Shown here in pieces: positions 62,850-64,000 of a stretch of 64,000 nt of DNA (position 1 is its first letter; each line of letters begins with the position of its first letter). The DNA lies in contig NC_091977.1 in assembly GCF_044704955.1 (NCBI RefSeq), forward strand, positions 164,734,001-164,798,000, written 5' to 3'. The stretch is from Pristiophorus japonicus (Eukaryota). The notes beneath the pieces are model-generated. The model made no database searches. It was given only the letters and a program-made list of their open reading frames with translations, and had not been told where the DNA came from. Both the position numbers and the translations under genes were made by a program.

Positions 62850-62975
62850 TTGCAAGCAATTCTCATGAAGGATTATGCCTGAAATGTTAACATTTTCCCT
62901 TTCTTTACAGATGCTGCCAGCCTTTGAGTGTTTCCAGCATTTTCTGTTTTTGTTCCATCAAGGAACATTTTTTTT
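62850..62975 (+). mobile_element. Penelope-like terminal repeat with decayed minimal hammerhead ribozyme
   Basis: CTCATGA-AGG-ATTATG-CCT-GAAA-TGTTA (62862-62889), then ACAGATGCTGCC...TTTCCAGCATTTTCTGTTTT. Confidence 0.6.
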
Positions 62976-64000
62976 TCAAATTAAAGTTTTATTTGAATGT
63001 GAACATGAAAGATTACTCACTACGCTATTCAAATTGTACAATTTCTCAGTAAGATTCACTTTGGACCTGTGAAGCTTGTAAGGAGTTGCCTGTAATTGCT
63101 TCATGATTTTGTTGAGCAGGAATTGACCTTATGGTAGCATTTTCTTTCATAGACTGATGGAGCTTGGCAACTTTGAGCCTTCAAAGTAACTTCTTAAGCT
63201 GCAGTTTTGGGGTTTACATACAGCAGCCGTAATGTTTTATAATTTATGACAACTGGGGGGTTTATGAAAAGTAGCACATTGTTTTTAGAAATTGAGAGGT
63301 TTGAAAAAGCTAGTTTGGATGTTAATGCTTGGAAGGGGCTGAGAGTATGCACCTTTCTCTATATATCAGCTTTTTTGATTACTTATCAGCAGAGCTTGAA
63401 ATTAAGACTGCAGAACTGGTGGTTGACTTTTTTAGACTATTGTTCGAACTCTGTATAGTGTGTTCCATTTATAGTGGGCCTAGTTTGTCCAGACAAAATT
63501 GTGTGTGTGTCCAGGTATACCAATGGTGTGTGTATTATTCTTGAGGCCTGTGGAGCAGTTCCTTCTCACTAATAACGCACTCCAAAGACCCATTGGTATC
63601 TTTCTCGGGTCACTTGTAATTAGTGCAGAGATTCCAGCTTTTAAGTCTTTTTATGCCAAGTTTTTGTCACGAGCAATTCAGTGCCTTGGTGTGTGCAAGG
63701 TGTTTAGCCAGTAGCTCCCTCTAGTGTTTGGACATACAAATAATTGGACTTGATTTGTCTGTTTTACAACAAACTTTTACATAAAACAGAAGTTTCATTT
63801 CAACTTCCAGCATACAGTCAAATCTTATCAGTTATTACAACTATTACAACTGAAAGGTGGTGCAATGGAGTGCCTAATGTTTATCTACATGTTAAAGATT
63901 CAAAAAACATAATTTGCACTGGCTGTGGTTGGACTGTAGCAGTTGTACATCACTTGTGGTATGGGACTGCAATAATTATTTTGCAATACCAGATCAACAA

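Noticed and set aside
62885-62912. Strong splice acceptor for CHD1 exon 3
   Set aside because: It lies within a Penelope-like repeat, and the downstream sequence does not encode the expected Ser/Gly-rich CHD1 peptide.

Overview
This is eukaryotic vertebrate DNA. The mix of CR1, L2, RTE, DeuSINE-like, Gypsy and Harbinger-type repeats suggests a cartilaginous fish (inference). The only host gene I can support is the 5' end of CHD1 on the + strand: a CpG-island promoter and non-coding exon 1 (about 20150-20546), and exon 2 carrying the first 53 coding nt (21634-21686, MEGHGDEDSVSNSSGDS). I found no next coding exon, so 21687-64000 is probably one intron of more than 42 kb. The rest is mostly nested transposons: two full-length but decayed CR1 LINEs (1225-5803 -, 46845-51300 +), many truncated CR1/L2/RTE pieces, one two-LTR Gypsy element with a 5-bp TSD (10204-14066), three other Gypsy remnants, Harbinger-derived and Tigger-like TIR elements, SINEs, a decayed Penelope-type hammerhead, and a C-rich minisatellite spanning a 200-N gap. 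Most ORFs in the track are TE fragments or spurious. I cannot demonstrate a wholly new system. The best leads are an in-frame chimeric CR1 that appears to have swapped its 5'UTR/ORF1 module, TATA-monomer CR1 5'UTRs with conserved splice donors, CTCF-like motifs in all four Gypsy LTR types, a structured non-autonomous RTE element, promoter-like MITEs in the CHD1 intron (one with a repeat-spacer array), and a candidate CHD1 uORF and poison exon. All calls were made by eye, with no alignments or database searches.
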